DNA of 63,837 nt, the filler included, from Octopus bimaculoides (Eukaryota), in assembly GCF_001194135.2 (NCBI RefSeq). It is 7 parts of 3 records of this genome, joined end to end, with 100 filler letters (N's around TTAATTAATTAA, not from the genome) between each part and the next. Parts side by side here need not be neighbours in the genome. Positions count along the whole stretch, not along the records: positions 1 to 4,557 come from NC_068985.1; positions 4,658 to 16,036 come from NC_068982.1; 5 more parts are not named here. The stretch is one strand, 5' to 3'. This document shows positions 1-11,586 of this stretch, piece after piece. The position numbers and the translations under genes are program-made. The notes below the pieces were generated by a model, which saw only the letters and a list, made by a program, of their open reading frames with translations, had not been told where the DNA came from and ran no database searches. Within the stretch, counting starts at the first letter, position 1. The number at the start of each line of letters is the position of its first letter.

Positions 1-1228
1 GAACAAAATAAGAGAAACACCTTAAAATTACAAACAAATTTATTCTAATACGGGGTAGGACCGCCTTTGGCAGTAATTACAGTTTGAATTATACGAGGTA
101 TGGACTTGTACAAAGTTTGAATTGTTTCCAAAGGAACTTTTGTCGATTCTTCAGCTAAAACAGTCTCCAGTTCTTGTAGTGATGATAGTGGAGGATATCG
201 ACTCCATACTTGTTTTTCTAAAATGCATCATAAACGTTCAATAATATTGAGATCTAGGGACTGTGGTGGTCAGATAAGATGTTCAACTTCAGTAGAATGT
301 TCCTCGTGTCATTCAGTAACATCGTCAGCTGTGTGAATTGGTGAATTATCATCCTGAAAGATCCCTCCGAAACAGTTCTGCAATCATAGGATGAATTTGA
401 TCAGCTAAAATGCTTAAATAGTCTTGACTATTAATTCTGCCATGAAGGGAAACCACTGGGCTGGCGAATTTCCAAGCTATAACTTCCCCACCAGACCATC
501 ACAGATCCTCTTCCATGTTTAATAGTTGGAAGAAGACACTTCGTGTCAAATGCTTCTTTTGGCTGTCTCCACACGTATACTCGGCCGGTAAATGATGACT
601 CGTTCGAGAAAATAACATTCTGCTACTGCTCTACGGACCAATGCTATAGGTTTTTACTCTACTCTACACGCTTTGCAACGTTTGTTTTTAAAAGTAATGG
701 TTTTCTGACTGCAGCCCTCCCGTGAAATCCAGCTTTGTGGAGCTCCCGGTGATATGTTTTTTGTGGAAACTGGGTTCTCGAGGTGATCATTATCTCTGCC
801 GTAATTTTGGGAGCTGTACTTTTGTGATCTTTTCTAACAATTCGCGTAAGAGTCCGACGGTCCCTATCGGAAAATTTTGGTTTTCTTCCGGAGTTTTGTT
901 TCAATAAGGAGCCTTTTCCCCTCTTTCTCAAAGACTGCCATTACTTTTGAGACAGTACTTCTTGATACACCAAACATTTCGGCTGTTTTCGTTACGCTAC
1001 CATACAAGTACCAACAATTTGACCTCTTTGAAAGTCCGATAAATCTGTCATTATAATGAATTTTAGTTACCTCTTTCTGATATCTGAAAAGAAACGGCAA
1101 TTTTAGCACAACATATTAAAAAGCATTAATCATAAATCAAAAAACATACAAATAAACAAGCTTTTGACTGTTTTATAGATATTTAAAAATTATGATGCTA
1201 AGAGTTTCCATTATTTCGTCCAACTCCG
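1..1228 (-). mobile_element. Tc1-like DNA transposon, near full length, decayed; window starts inside the left TIR
   Basis: Bases 1-23 (GAACAAAATAAGAGAAACACCTT) match the reverse complement of about 1200-1228 (GGACGAAATAATGGAAACTCTT). TA follows at 1229-1230. A broken transposase lies between. Confidence 0.9.
45..1051 (-). pseudogene. Tc1-family transposase pseudogene
   Basis: Minus-strand translation across frameshifts gives MTDLSDFQRGQIVG, TKTAEMFGVSRSTVSKV (HTH), SGRKPK, AVRKPLL, VIFSNESSF (first D site decayed), TIKHGRGSVMVW, FQDDNSPIHTA, PPQSLDLNIIE and AKGGPTPY* (stop at 45-47). Confidence 0.9.
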
Positions 1229-1261
1229 TATGTATGTATGTATGTGTGTATATATATATAT

Positions 1262-1468
1262 GGGAGAATATACAAATAATAACAACAGACGAGGACAGGT
1301 GGTGTAAATAACAAAAGTATATATTAGTATGACGCTCGGGAATACGGAAAGTCTTTGACGTTTCGAGCTACGCTCTTCAACAGAAAGAATACGGAGACAA
1401 GGAGAAAAACACGGAGAAAAAAAATTGAATAGTGTTCAGTCAACGGTCAATCATAATAATGGCCGATC
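1262..1468 (-). mobile_element. Repeat family A (Penelope-like terminal repeat with hammerhead-like motif), copy 1
   Basis: Nearly identical to 33671-33877, 34670-34867 and the reverse complement at 50549-50741. Ends at TTCTCCC against (TA)n. Truncated by a gap. Confidence 0.75.
1352..1388 (-). ncRNA. Minimal hammerhead-like motif, family A (A6U core)
   Basis: Minus strand reads TCTTT-CTGTTGA-A-GAGC GTA GCTC-GAAAC-GTC-AAAGA: stem I 5 bp, stem II 4 bp, cleavage triplet GUC. Confidence 0.6.
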
Positions 1469-1923
1469 NNNNNNNNNNGTGTGTGCGTGGTGTGATGCGA
1501 GGGTATTGGTGTGGTGTGATGTGAGGGTGTTGGGAGGTGGGGAAGGCATGGGTGGAGTGTGAGTTAGGCTGAGGGTGGGGTAGAGGTAGGGGTATGTGGG
1601 TAGGGGTGGGTGGTGGGTGTAAGGAAATATATATAAACGAGGCCCCGACAAAGATTTCGGTTTTTCAAATTCAGTTACATGACACCGTTCACCTTGGAGT
1701 TATAGCAGAAAACATTTACCTAATTTGCCGCGTAGTGAGACTGAACCGGAAAGGTCATAGTTGAAAAGTGAGCTTCGGATCCGCACAGCCATGCCAGCAC
1801 CTACATAATGGGAAATTATGAGATTTTATACATAGAAAGAATTTTAGTTATCATTGCGTTGCAGAAGATTACGCAGTGATGCATTCATATAGAGTAGCAG
1901 CAGATGCACTCACATATATACAT

Positions 1924-2090
1924 ATTTCTTTATTGCCCACAAGGAGCTAAACAAAGAGGGGATAAACAAGGACAGACAAAAGGATTAAGTCGATTACATC
2001 GACCTCGGCGGAATTTGAATTTAGAACGTAACGGTAGACGAAATGCCGCTAAGTATTTTGCCCGGCGTGCTAACGATTCTGCCAGCTCAC
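1924..2090 (-). mobile_element. tRNA-derived SINE family S1, internally deleted
   Basis: Shares the head GAGCTGGCAGAATCGTTAGCACGCCGGGC...GTTCTAAATTCAAATTCCGCCGAGGTCGA with many other copies in the window. Confidence 0.8.
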
Positions 2091-2432
2091 ATATATAGCA
2101 GCAACAGAATATACCAGTAAATTTGGACGTAATATAAAAATTGCTGTGTAGTGAAATTCCATTGATAGGAATTATTTTAGACGTGCAGAATCAATACAGA
2201 CAATAATCGATTAGAAAGAAAGGTTATCGAATTAAAAGCAGCCATCAAACCACAGGATTCCTTTGAAAAATGTTAAATGTTCATTAAGTTTGAAATAATT
2301 TTGTGATTTACAGAAAAGTCATAACGTACAATTGTTATTTGTTTTGTCAGTTAATCTCAGATGTGTGCAAAGCAACAAAATCTGAAACGAATTCTAGTGG
2401 GTTTGCTGTATATTGGATTTTCTGTAAACTAA

Positions 2433-2612
2433 GGCGGTGAGCTGACAGAATCATTTGCGCACCGGACAAAATGCTTAGTGGCATTTTTGTCTGTTTTTAT
2501 GTTCTGAGTTCAAATTCTACCGTGGTGAAGTTTGCGTTTCATCCTTTCGGAGTTGATAATATATGTACCAGTTGTGCACTTGGGTCACTGTAATCCACTG
2601 GTTTCCTCCCAC
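2433..2612 (+). mobile_element. SINE family S1
   Basis: GGCGGTGAGCTGACAGAATC...GTTCTGAGTTCAAATTC (B-box-like)...TTTCATCCTTTCGG. Boundaries approximate. Confidence 0.75.
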
Positions 2613-2872
2613 GGAAAAGCTGAAACCATCATTTTCCTGTATAATGCAGGTTTGTGGTGCAACGTAAACACACAGTAATAAAATGCTATTTATTAAAGTC
2701 CAATTCCACGTGATGATTTTTCTTCGCCTAAAAGAAGAAATTCAGAGGCAAGAAACTCAGAACAGACGTTTGTTGATATAATGAACACATTTATAAGCTC
2801 TACATAGTGTATTGGGGTTTATGAGACATATATTTTAATATATAATGCTTTCACTGTGTAAAATATATTTAC

Positions 2873-3115
2873 AGGAGTGACTGTGTGGTAAGTAACTTGC
2901 TGACCAACCACATGACTCCGGGTTCAGTCCCACTGCGTGGCAATTTGGGAAAATGTATTATACTACAGCCTCGGGCCGACCAAAGCCTTGTGGGTAGATC
3001 TGATAGACGGAAACTGAAAGAAGCCCGTCGTATATATATATATATGTATATATATATATGTATATGTGTTTGTGTGTCTGTGTTTATCCCCCACCATCAC
3101 TTGACAACTGATGTA
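2873..3115 (+). mobile_element. tRNA-derived SINE family S2 (head, internal microsatellite, start of tail)
   Basis: GGAGTGACTGTGTGGTAAG (A-box-like) and GGGTTCAGTCCC (B-box-like), then GGAAACTGAAAGAAGCCCGTCG(TA)n. Homologous to 22045-22210. Confidence 0.8.
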
Positions 3116-3448
3116 TATAAGTACACATAAACAGATGCATATATGCATAGATACACAATCCACTGTAATCTGTAGATCGAACTTCACAAGAGCTGATTGC
3201 TCAATATTTTCCTGAAGAAGTCTTAGATCAAATTATAGCAACAATCACATCGTGGCTTACTAACTACATTGTTCTACTATGTAATGAGTGAACGTGTCAT
3301 CTATTTCTACCATAGAAGTTTGTTTAAAAACTTACCTGATGGTGGTGTTTTCTTTACCATGATGTGATCGAAGAATGCATCAATAAAATGCTAGCGAAAC
3401 AGCTGTTGTGTAATTTGAGTCCCACTAGTCTGCTCTTCATTTTCTTCT

Positions 3449-3550
<102 letters not shown>

Positions 3551-3612
3551 CACGCACGCACACAAATATATATATGTATATATATATAATAACCTTCATA
3601 CATGGGTGTGAA

Positions 3613-3790
3613 GGCACATGGCTTAGTGGTTAGGGCATTGAGTAAGGCAGTTTATTTCCCGTTGCTCCAGTTCACTCAACAGGGGACAAAATGAGTTGTA
3701 CATGTAAATTCAAAGGAGCCACCCTTCTCTCACTCTCTGTCACGCTGAATCTCTCTGTACGCGTGTATGTGGTGTACACATTAATTTCAC
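3613..3790 (+). mobile_element. tRNA-derived SINE family S3, deleted
   Basis: GGCACATGGCTTAGTGGTTAGGGC head and GTTGCTCCAGTTCACTCA body, shared with 9891 and 52795. Boundaries approximate. Confidence 0.6.
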
Positions 3791-3861
3791 GATCAAACTG
3801 TTCCGGTGATCGTATCATCCGGAAAATTCGCTATCCGAACCGACAGAGCCGAGCGTTTTTC

Positions 3862-3901
<40 letters not shown>

Positions 3902-4601
3902 GATAGATATTTTTATGCGATTACGTATATTAAGAGACACACAAAGATTCGCATACCAAGAGAGAGAGGGGTGATGAGAGAAGTAAAGAAAGAAACAGTG
4001 AATGGTTAGAACAAATATATCATAAACTATTAAGTAATTTCAGGAAAGGCATAAACTTGCATGTTACAGTTAACAAGACAATATGGCTCCAGAGGTTTGA
4101 AGAACTCGCATATGAGAATATAAATAATGGAGATACAGAAATATACAGAATTATATGTACCACAATATAAAGTAATTTATCTGCATTCATTCCAGATATG
4201 CTCTAGAGCAATTCCCCAATATGTAATCACGGTGTGTGTTTTTCAATGGTGAAGGCATCAATCAGGGTGCTATATTTATAGCATTATTTTGTCCTGACAA
4301 GGAAGGGGATATTTGTATTTCGAGATTATAAATAATGTACTAAATTGGCCCAACGCCATAGAGTTTTAGAAGAGATAGAAACAGTAAGTTCACTCTAAGG
4401 ATGTATATTAATAATGCTTATCATAATGTGTTCAAGGCTTTAGGAAAATGTTTTGAGCAATTTATTTATATGAAATGATTTCATAATTATTGGGTATCAG
4501 TAGAACAGATTACTATGTAAACCCTGTTTTGCAACTTCAGATATATATATATATATANNNNNNNNNNNNNNNNNNNNNNNNNNNNNNNNNNNNNNNNNNN
4601 N

Positions 4602-4613
4602 TTAATTAATTAA
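4602..4613. other. Artificial six-frame-stop spacer TTAATTAATTAA inside a 100-bp scaffold gap (also at 16081, 19673, 34031, 51190, 62704)
   Basis: Each copy is flanked by exactly 44 N on both sides (44+12+44=100). Confidence 0.95.
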
Positions 4614-4705
4614 NNNNNNNNNNNNNNNNNNNNNNNNNNNNNNNNNNNNNNNNNNNNATATATACATATATATATATATATGTGTGTGTGTATAGATCGC
4701 TGACT

Positions 4706-4884
4706 ACTACACACTTATTTTTTCTCTCCTTGTTTTTCTTCTTGTTTCTTTGTGTTCCTTTCTGTGGAAGATCGTAGGCTCGAAACGTTAAAGGCTTTTT
4801 CAATTCCCGAACGTTATACTAATACATCTACTTGTTTTCTACACCACCTGCCTTCATCTCTTGTTTTATTTTGTGAATTCTCCC
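4706..4884 (+). mobile_element. Repeat family A, diverged subfamily copy with hammerhead-like motif at 4757-4794
   Basis: CCTTT-CTGTGGA-A-GATC GTAG GCTC-GAAAC-GTT-AAAGG. Same 3' end (TTCTCCC then (TA)n) as the other family A copies. Confidence 0.7.
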
Positions 4885-5016
4885 TATATATACATACATA
4901 TATGTATACACACGCACACACATACACACATATATATGATCTGTGCAACAGAGTGCATTTGAGTCTTCCCTTGATGATCCATTATTGTGGTTATGCATCC
5001 AAATGTTCTTGGTATA

Positions 5017-5063
5017 TCCGACGCTGAGTGCCGAATAACCGCAATGGTGAAACGTACGTAGGA
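5017..5063 (+). ncRNA. Decayed hammerhead-like motif (family C)
   Basis: TCCGACG-CTGAGT-GCC...GGT-GAAAC-GTA-CGTAGGA. Stem I pairs at 6 of 7 positions; the core is damaged. Confidence 0.4.
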
Positions 5064-5316
5064 AGTAAACATTCACACTTGTGTTTATCCCTACGTTTTA
5101 CACTAAACATGGTCTGTATATCATAATTAATGCACACCTAAGTAAAGTGAGCAGCTGGTCACCACTATACTGGAAGCTGACTGGATAATGTTAATGTACG
5201 TGGAGCTCTAACTCATTCAGTAGTAATCGTTCATCTAACTGTATATCTAAGATAGTATATATGTATATATATATATATATATATATACATATGTGTGTGT
5301 GTGTATGTGTGTATAT

Positions 5317-5347
<31 letters not shown>

Positions 5348-6127
5348 TANNNNNNNNNNNNNNNNNNNNNNNNNNNNNNNNNNNNNNNNNNNNNNNNNNN
5401 NNNNNNNNNNNNNNNNNNNNNNNNNNNNNNNNNNNNNNNNNNNNNNNNNNNNNNNNNNNNNNNNNNNNNNNNNNNNNNNNNNNNNNNNNNNNNNNNNNNN
5501 NNNNNNNNNNNNNNNNNNNNNNNNNNNNNNNNNNNNNNNNNNNNNNNNNNNNNNNNNNNNNNNNNNNNNNNNNNNNNNNNNNNNNNNNNNNNNNNNNNNN
5601 NNNNNNNNNNNNNNNNNNNNNNNNNNNNNNNNNNNNNNNNNNNNNNNNNNNNNNNNNNNNNNNNNNNNNNNNNNNNNNNNNNNNNNNNNNNNNNNNNNNN
5701 NNNNNNNNNNNNNNNNNNNNNNNNNNNNNNNNNNNNNNNNNNNNNNNNNNNNNNNNNNNNNNNNNNNNNNNNNNNNNNNNNNNNNNNNNNNNNNNNNNNN
5801 NNNNNNNNNNNNNNNNNNNNNNNNNNNNNNNNNNNNNNNNNNNNNNNNNNNNNNNNNNNNNNNNNNNNNNNNNNNNNNNNNNNNNNNNNNNNNNNNNNNN
5901 NNNNNNNNNNNNNNNNNNNNNNNNNNNNNNNNNNNNNNNNNNNNNNNNNNNNNNNNNNNNNNNNNNNNNNNNNNNNNNNNNNNNNNNNNNNNNNNNNNNN
6001 NNNNNNNNNNNNNNNNNNNNNNNNNNNNNNNNNNNNNNNNNNNNNNNNNNNNNNNNNNNNNNNNNNNNNNNNNNNNNNNNNNNNNNNNNNNNNNNNNNNN
6101 NNNNNNNNNNNNNNNNNNNNNNNNNNN

Positions 6128-6167
<40 letters not shown>

Positions 6168-6808
6168 TATTTATACATATATATCTTCGCCCCTCCCATT
6201 CACTACTATATATCTCTGTCTTTCTCCCTGTCTCTCGTTGCTCACCTATATTCTACTTCCTCCCCTTTTCTCTCTGTCTACCACTCTTTCTCCTTACCCC
6301 TTGCTGGTCACATGTGTCCGTCTCCTGCTTCCTTTCTTATCTTGGCCACTGCCAAACTAGCACGAACTTCTCTCTTCCTTTCAGTTTGTTACATCACAGC
6401 GTTCAGTATACATATATATTCTTTTCACGTCTGACCCTACTTGTCCTTCTTGTTTATTTTCACTGTTTCGTTTTCCTGTCGTGTTTTCTGTTCACCACGA
6501 TATTCCTTCGCATTACGAATTTAATTTTTGTTTCCGCGAGAAGAGCCATTCTAACAATGCATCCTGTCCTAACTCTTCGAAACGCTTAGTTTTAGAATAT
6601 TGGCAGCTGATGAAGGAAATGTGTATGTGGCCTGTGTGTTTTCTGTGCTCTGTTTATGTTCTGTTTTTCATTTTGTCCACGTCTTTTTGTGACGTCCTGT
6701 ACCCAGATATGCATCTATATAAACATGTAGATGTAGGTATGTACATACAGGTACGTATATATGCATATACTCACATATTATTATATATATATAATATATG
6801 TATATATA

Positions 6809-8022
6809 TCTATACTATATATAAAACGGAGATGTGTGTGTAATCGCTTTTCACGTGAAATCGACTTCACCAAATGCTTCCATACTTGTGATGCATAAAT
6901 AATTTGACCTCGGATAAATGTTAGGCTCTTCATTTGATTTTTTAAATTAAAAATAAATAATATTGCTTTATATTTACGATTCACTTCTTTAAAAAGGTTC
7001 CTCAATGTCAATTTCCGGTTTTGACGTAACAACGGCAAAAAGCTTCATCTCACACGCGCGCGTGCATACACACGTGTGTCTTTGTAAATATGTTTGTATA
7101 CATTTATGTATGTGTGTGTTTGTAAGAGACATAATGTGAGTGAGTCAAGGGGTGTGTTGTCATGTGCATACATCCAAAGATGTATGCATATTTACGCATG
7201 TACGTTTACATGACAACACACCACTCTCTCTCACTCACACTCTGTCTCTTACAAACACTGAAATCGACTTCACCAAATGCTTCCATACTTGTGATGCATG
7301 AATAATTTGACCTCGGATAAATGTTAGGCTCTTCATTTGATTTTTTAAATCAAAAATAAATAATATTGCTTTATATTTAAGATTCACTTCTTTAAAAAGG
7401 TTCCTGAATGTCAACTTCCGGTATTGACGTAACAACGGCAAAAAGCTTCACTCTCACAGGCGCGCGTGCATACACACGTGTATCTTTGTAAATATGTTTG
7501 TATACATTTATGTATGTGTGTGTTTGTAAGAGACAGAGTGTGAGTGAGTCAAGGGGTGTGTTGTCATATGCATACATCCAAAGATGTATGCATATTTATG
7601 CATGTACGTATACATGACAACAAACCTCTCTCTCTCACTCACACTCTGTCTCTTACAAACACACACATACATAAATGTATACAAACATATTTACAAAGAC
7701 GCAAGTGTGTATGCGCGCGCGCGTGCATGCGTGCGTGGGAGGTTCCACAATCGCCATATATTTCAATTAGTCTTGTGAGGATATTCACGTAAATCATTTT
7801 TTTCATTTAATCCCCATTTTAATTTTCGTATGTTTCCAAGTACCAATGAGGCTTTTTGGCATATCTTCAATTTTCCTATTCATGAGAGGCGCACAGCCAT
7901 CATTCATCTGAGAGTCCATCTACAGAATGTCCTCAAATTTCTATACAGCATATTTTGCCTTTTTTTCTTCAAGTATACAAGCAACAATTTCATTCCCGAG
8001 CAACGCCGGGTGCCTCTGCTAG
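6809..8022 (+). mobile_element. Non-autonomous Helitron
   Basis: 5' end A|TCTATACTATATATAAAACGGAGATGTG. 3' hairpin CCCGAGCAACGCCGGG (7995-8010), then CTAG|T (8019-8023). An internal fragment translates to STNEAFWHIFNFPIHERRTAIIHLRVHLQN, resembling the Helitron RepHel motif SSNEAxWRIxxFPIHERxPxVxHLxVHLEN. Confidence 0.85.
6857..7661 (+). repeat. Tandem duplication of about 403 bp inside the Helitron
   Basis: GAAATCGACTTCACCAAATGCTTCC recurs at 6857 and 7260. The ORF track shows twin peptides at 6781..7038 and 7235..7441. Confidence 0.9.
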
Positions 8023-8330
8023 TTATATATNNNNNNNNNNNNNNNNNNNNNNNNNNNNNNNNNNNNNNNNNNNNNNNNNNNNNNNNNNNNNNNNNNNNNN
8101 NNNNNNNNNNNNNNNNNNNNNNNNNNNNNNNNNNNNNNNNNNNNNNNNNNNNNNNNNNNNNNNNNNNNNNNNNNNNNNNNNNNNNNNNNNNNNNNNNNNN
8201 NNNNNNNNNNNNNNNNNNNNNNNNNNNNNNNNNNNNNNNNNNNNNNNNNNNNNNNNNNNNNNNNNNNNNNNNNNNNNNNNNNNNNNNNNNNNNNNNNNNN
8301 NNNNNNNNNNNNNNNNNNNNNNTATATATA

Positions 8331-8361
<31 letters not shown>

Positions 8362-8379
8362 ACACATATATACATGCAT

Positions 8380-8437
<58 letters not shown>

Positions 8438-9213
8438 TACACAAACATAAAATTTCGCAACATCATCCCTTCCGATGTTCTGTTTATGTTAAAAGTTATG
8501 TCTTATGCTTAACACAGTAAATGTTATCTTTATTTTAATAAGCCATTACCTCTGAAGGAGTGTTATTTGTTCTAAATAATTTTATGTTATGTTACAATTA
8601 TATTAAATATCATTTTAAATAAAAATTACTATTAATCCAACACCGGCAAAGGTAAACTGCTCGGCCACAGACATAAACTAGTCAAATCTTACAAATCTGA
8701 ATCGAGTATTGGTCTTCTTTCTGCTCCTGATCATCGTCCACATCCTCATCCACATCATCATCGTCGTCGTCGTCATCATCATCATCTTACCATCATTATC
8801 ATCATCGGAATCAACATCAAGAACAACAACATGATGTAATCTCTCTTATTAGGTTGAATATCATTCTTACACGACGCCATACAATTTATTCCAACCCTTC
8901 ATGTTATCAAACCAGTCTGTTCCGGGGTTTCCTCTCGATAGTTTGCTATTTATATTTCCTTGTAGTAATGGTATGTGTATATGTTATGCCCTTACAAGTT
9001 GTTGAGAATACTTTAGCTTCCTTCTTTTAATAGTTGAACGTAGTGATCTTTTTGCACTTGTTACTTGGAGCACATCAGTAATTATGTGTTTCGTGCACGA
9101 TAGTTGGTGATATTGAATGGAAAAATCCACCAAGGATGCAAACAATATACTAAAAGATAGAAACTATGGTAAAAATACGTAAACCTTTATGAAGCTGTTG
9201 AATATTTCGATTT

Positions 9214-9621
9214 CAGACATCAAAGACTTTCAATAATTGCAGAAAATTCCTGGGTGGGGTTTTGGCAACTTGGTAGAACGCGTACTTCCAGAATGGATCT
9301 ATTACACCACGATATATCACGGAAACTCATATGAAAACGTTTTACTTAACATACTTCAGATTTAACAAATCAACTTTCTTTAAAATAGTTAATGATAAAT
9401 GTAGCCATAAACCGTCTCAGAGATCAAAAACTTTCAAAAATGACAGTAGCTTTTTGGGAGCCGCTTTGGTAGCTTGTTAGAACGCGATCTCACAGAATGG
9501 ATATATTACACAACGATATATTATGGAAACTTATATGAAAACTTTTCACTTAATATATCTCAGATATAACAAGTCGACTTTCTTCTTTAAAATATGTAAC
9601 GATAAATGTAGCCGTAAACCG
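9214..9621. repeat. Diverged tandem duplication, two units of about 204 bp
   Basis: CAGA(C/G)ATCAAA(G/A)ACTTTCAA recurs at 9214 and 9418. Shared blocks include AGAACGCG, CAGAATGGAT, GGAAACT.ATATGAAAAC and GATAAATGTAGCC.TAAACCG. Confidence 0.8.
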
Positions 9622-9890
9622 ATACCTTCAGTTATATAGATTAATATGTCATTATATATTTATTTTGAACATTCAAAATTCTCATGAAATATTTAGCAAA
9701 CCTAAAGGAAGTATGAATAATTAAAGTGTAATGCCACTTCATAAGAATTTATCGTCTCATACGCTGCCAGAATTGGAAGCCATCATTTTCATTTTCAATG
9801 TTAGCGTTAACGTGAATATGGATTCCATCTGATGACCATCACTTTACAATGCCTGTTTGTGTGTTAGATATGAACACCTGTCATGTTTAG

Positions 9891-10110
9891 AGATGTAGTG
9901 GCTTGGTGGTTATGGTGTTGGATTCATAGTCATAAGATTGTGGTCTCGATTCCTGGACCGGGTGATGCGTTGTGTTCTTAACAAACAAAAACTTTATTTT
10001 ACGTTGCTCCGGACCACTCAGCTGGCAAAAATGAGTAGTCCTTCGACGGACCGGTATCCCGTTCAGGTAGGGAATATGTAAACCAGGAAACCGACGCTTA
10101 TGAGGCGATA
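9891..10110 (+). mobile_element. SINE family S3
   Basis: GTGGCTTGGTGGTTATGGTG...GGTCTCGATTCC (A- and B-box-like)...GTTGCTCCGGACCACTCAGCTGGCAAAAATGAGT. Confidence 0.7.
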
Positions 10111-10312
10111 TGACACGAGAAGTTAACTTTACCTTTTTACTTTATGTTTAGAGATACGGGTTCGAGCTGCACGGACATCGTTGCACTTTTTCTCTTCGAA
10201 GGAGGGTTTGATCCAATATTTACACGCTATTATTTATAGCTATTTTTCTATTTTGAGCTCAACATTAAAACGCCTTATTTCATATATACTTAGGAATATA
10301 TATAAAAACTAC

Positions 10313-10623
10313 TGGCAGTCCAGCAGTTACGACGACGAGGGTTCCAGTTGAGCCGATCAACAGAACACTCTCTCGTAAAATAAACGTAAAAGTAGTAGGG
10401 CACTCCCCACACACGTGTAACATTAACGTAGTTCATAGAGAGATTCAGTGTGATACAATGAGGCAAAGCTGGCTTATTGATTTACAGGTACAACTCATTT
10501 TTTCCAGGTGAGTGGACTGGAACAAGGTGAAGTGAATTGTCGCACTCAAGGACACTACGCACCACCGGGAATCGAACTCGTAAACTGGTGAGTCAAATGC
10601 CTAAACCACTGAGCCATGTACCT
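10313..10623 (-). mobile_element. tRNA-derived SINE (S3-like head, different body)
   Basis: The reverse complement has GGCTCAGTGGTTTAGGC...GAGTTCGATTCCCGG (A and B boxes). Confidence 0.7.
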
Positions 10624-11586
10624 TCGCTATATGCATATATATATATATANNNNNNNNNNNNNNNNNNNNNNNNNNNNNNNNNNNNNNNNNNNNNNNNNNN
10701 NNNNNNNNNNNNNNNNNNNNNNNNNNNNNNNNNNNNNNNNNNNNNNNNNNNNNNNNNNNNNNNNNNNNNNNNNNNNNNNNNNNNNNNNNNNNNNNNNNNN
10801 NNNNNNNNNNNNNNNNNNNNNNNNNNNNNNNNNNNNNNNNNNNNNNNNNNNNNNNNNNNNNNNNNNNNNNNNNNNNNTATATATATTTAACAAAAACAAC
10901 CGTCAAATCTTTTCGCGAGAATGTGATATAAGTTTAATAGAATTGAGTATCTCATACAAACATTATACCTACATATATGTGTGTGCTTAAGTGTATGAGC
11001 ATGCACGCGTGCGTATGTATTCGTGTGTGTGTGTGTGCGTGTGTGCGTGCATATGTGTGCGTGTGTGCGTGCTTGGGTTTATTCCTCTATCAACGATACA
11101 ATAACTGTCGGACTTAAAACTCAATAATAGACTCTATTTATTCGACATGAAGGCGAACTGTAGCGTTGTCGCAGTTCAATGACTTAAGCAAGTAAAAGAT
11201 AAAAGACAAATATAAAAATACATGCGTCTGAGTGTCTGTTTCAATGTGTGCGTTTGAGTCTGTTAATTGGTCTATAGGTGTCTGCTAATTAGTTTGAGTT
11301 ACATGTTACCAACATCCGGCAAGATTATGAAAAATAGAACATGAAAGTTTCTATTTAAAAAATGTACAGTAAAAATGTTTGCTTATAATAGTGGACACTT
11401 GTTGGTTGTTATGAAATCACAGTTGTTATTATAGATTATGTAACTGTTATTTGTAAAATGGAATCATTTTATGGTTAGCTTGATAACGATATTAAAATTT
11501 ATACCAAAAAATGTGATGTTTCCTAATATACATACATTCATATTTATGTATGTATTAATAACAATATTGGTTTCAAATTTTGGCAC

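Noticed and set aside
5231-6589. Long ORFs of 300-440 aa here and similar ones at 8.0, 22.2, 28.1, 29.5, 36, 43, 44.3, 45.3, 50.2 and 57.1 kb
   Set aside because: They consist of X from N gaps plus YI/VC/HT dipeptides from microsatellites.
6535-6615. GAAGAG...CTCTTC-GAAACGC with a downstream CTGATGA
   Set aside because: The core boxes are in the wrong order or missing for a type I fold, and I found no consistent stems for a type II or III fold.
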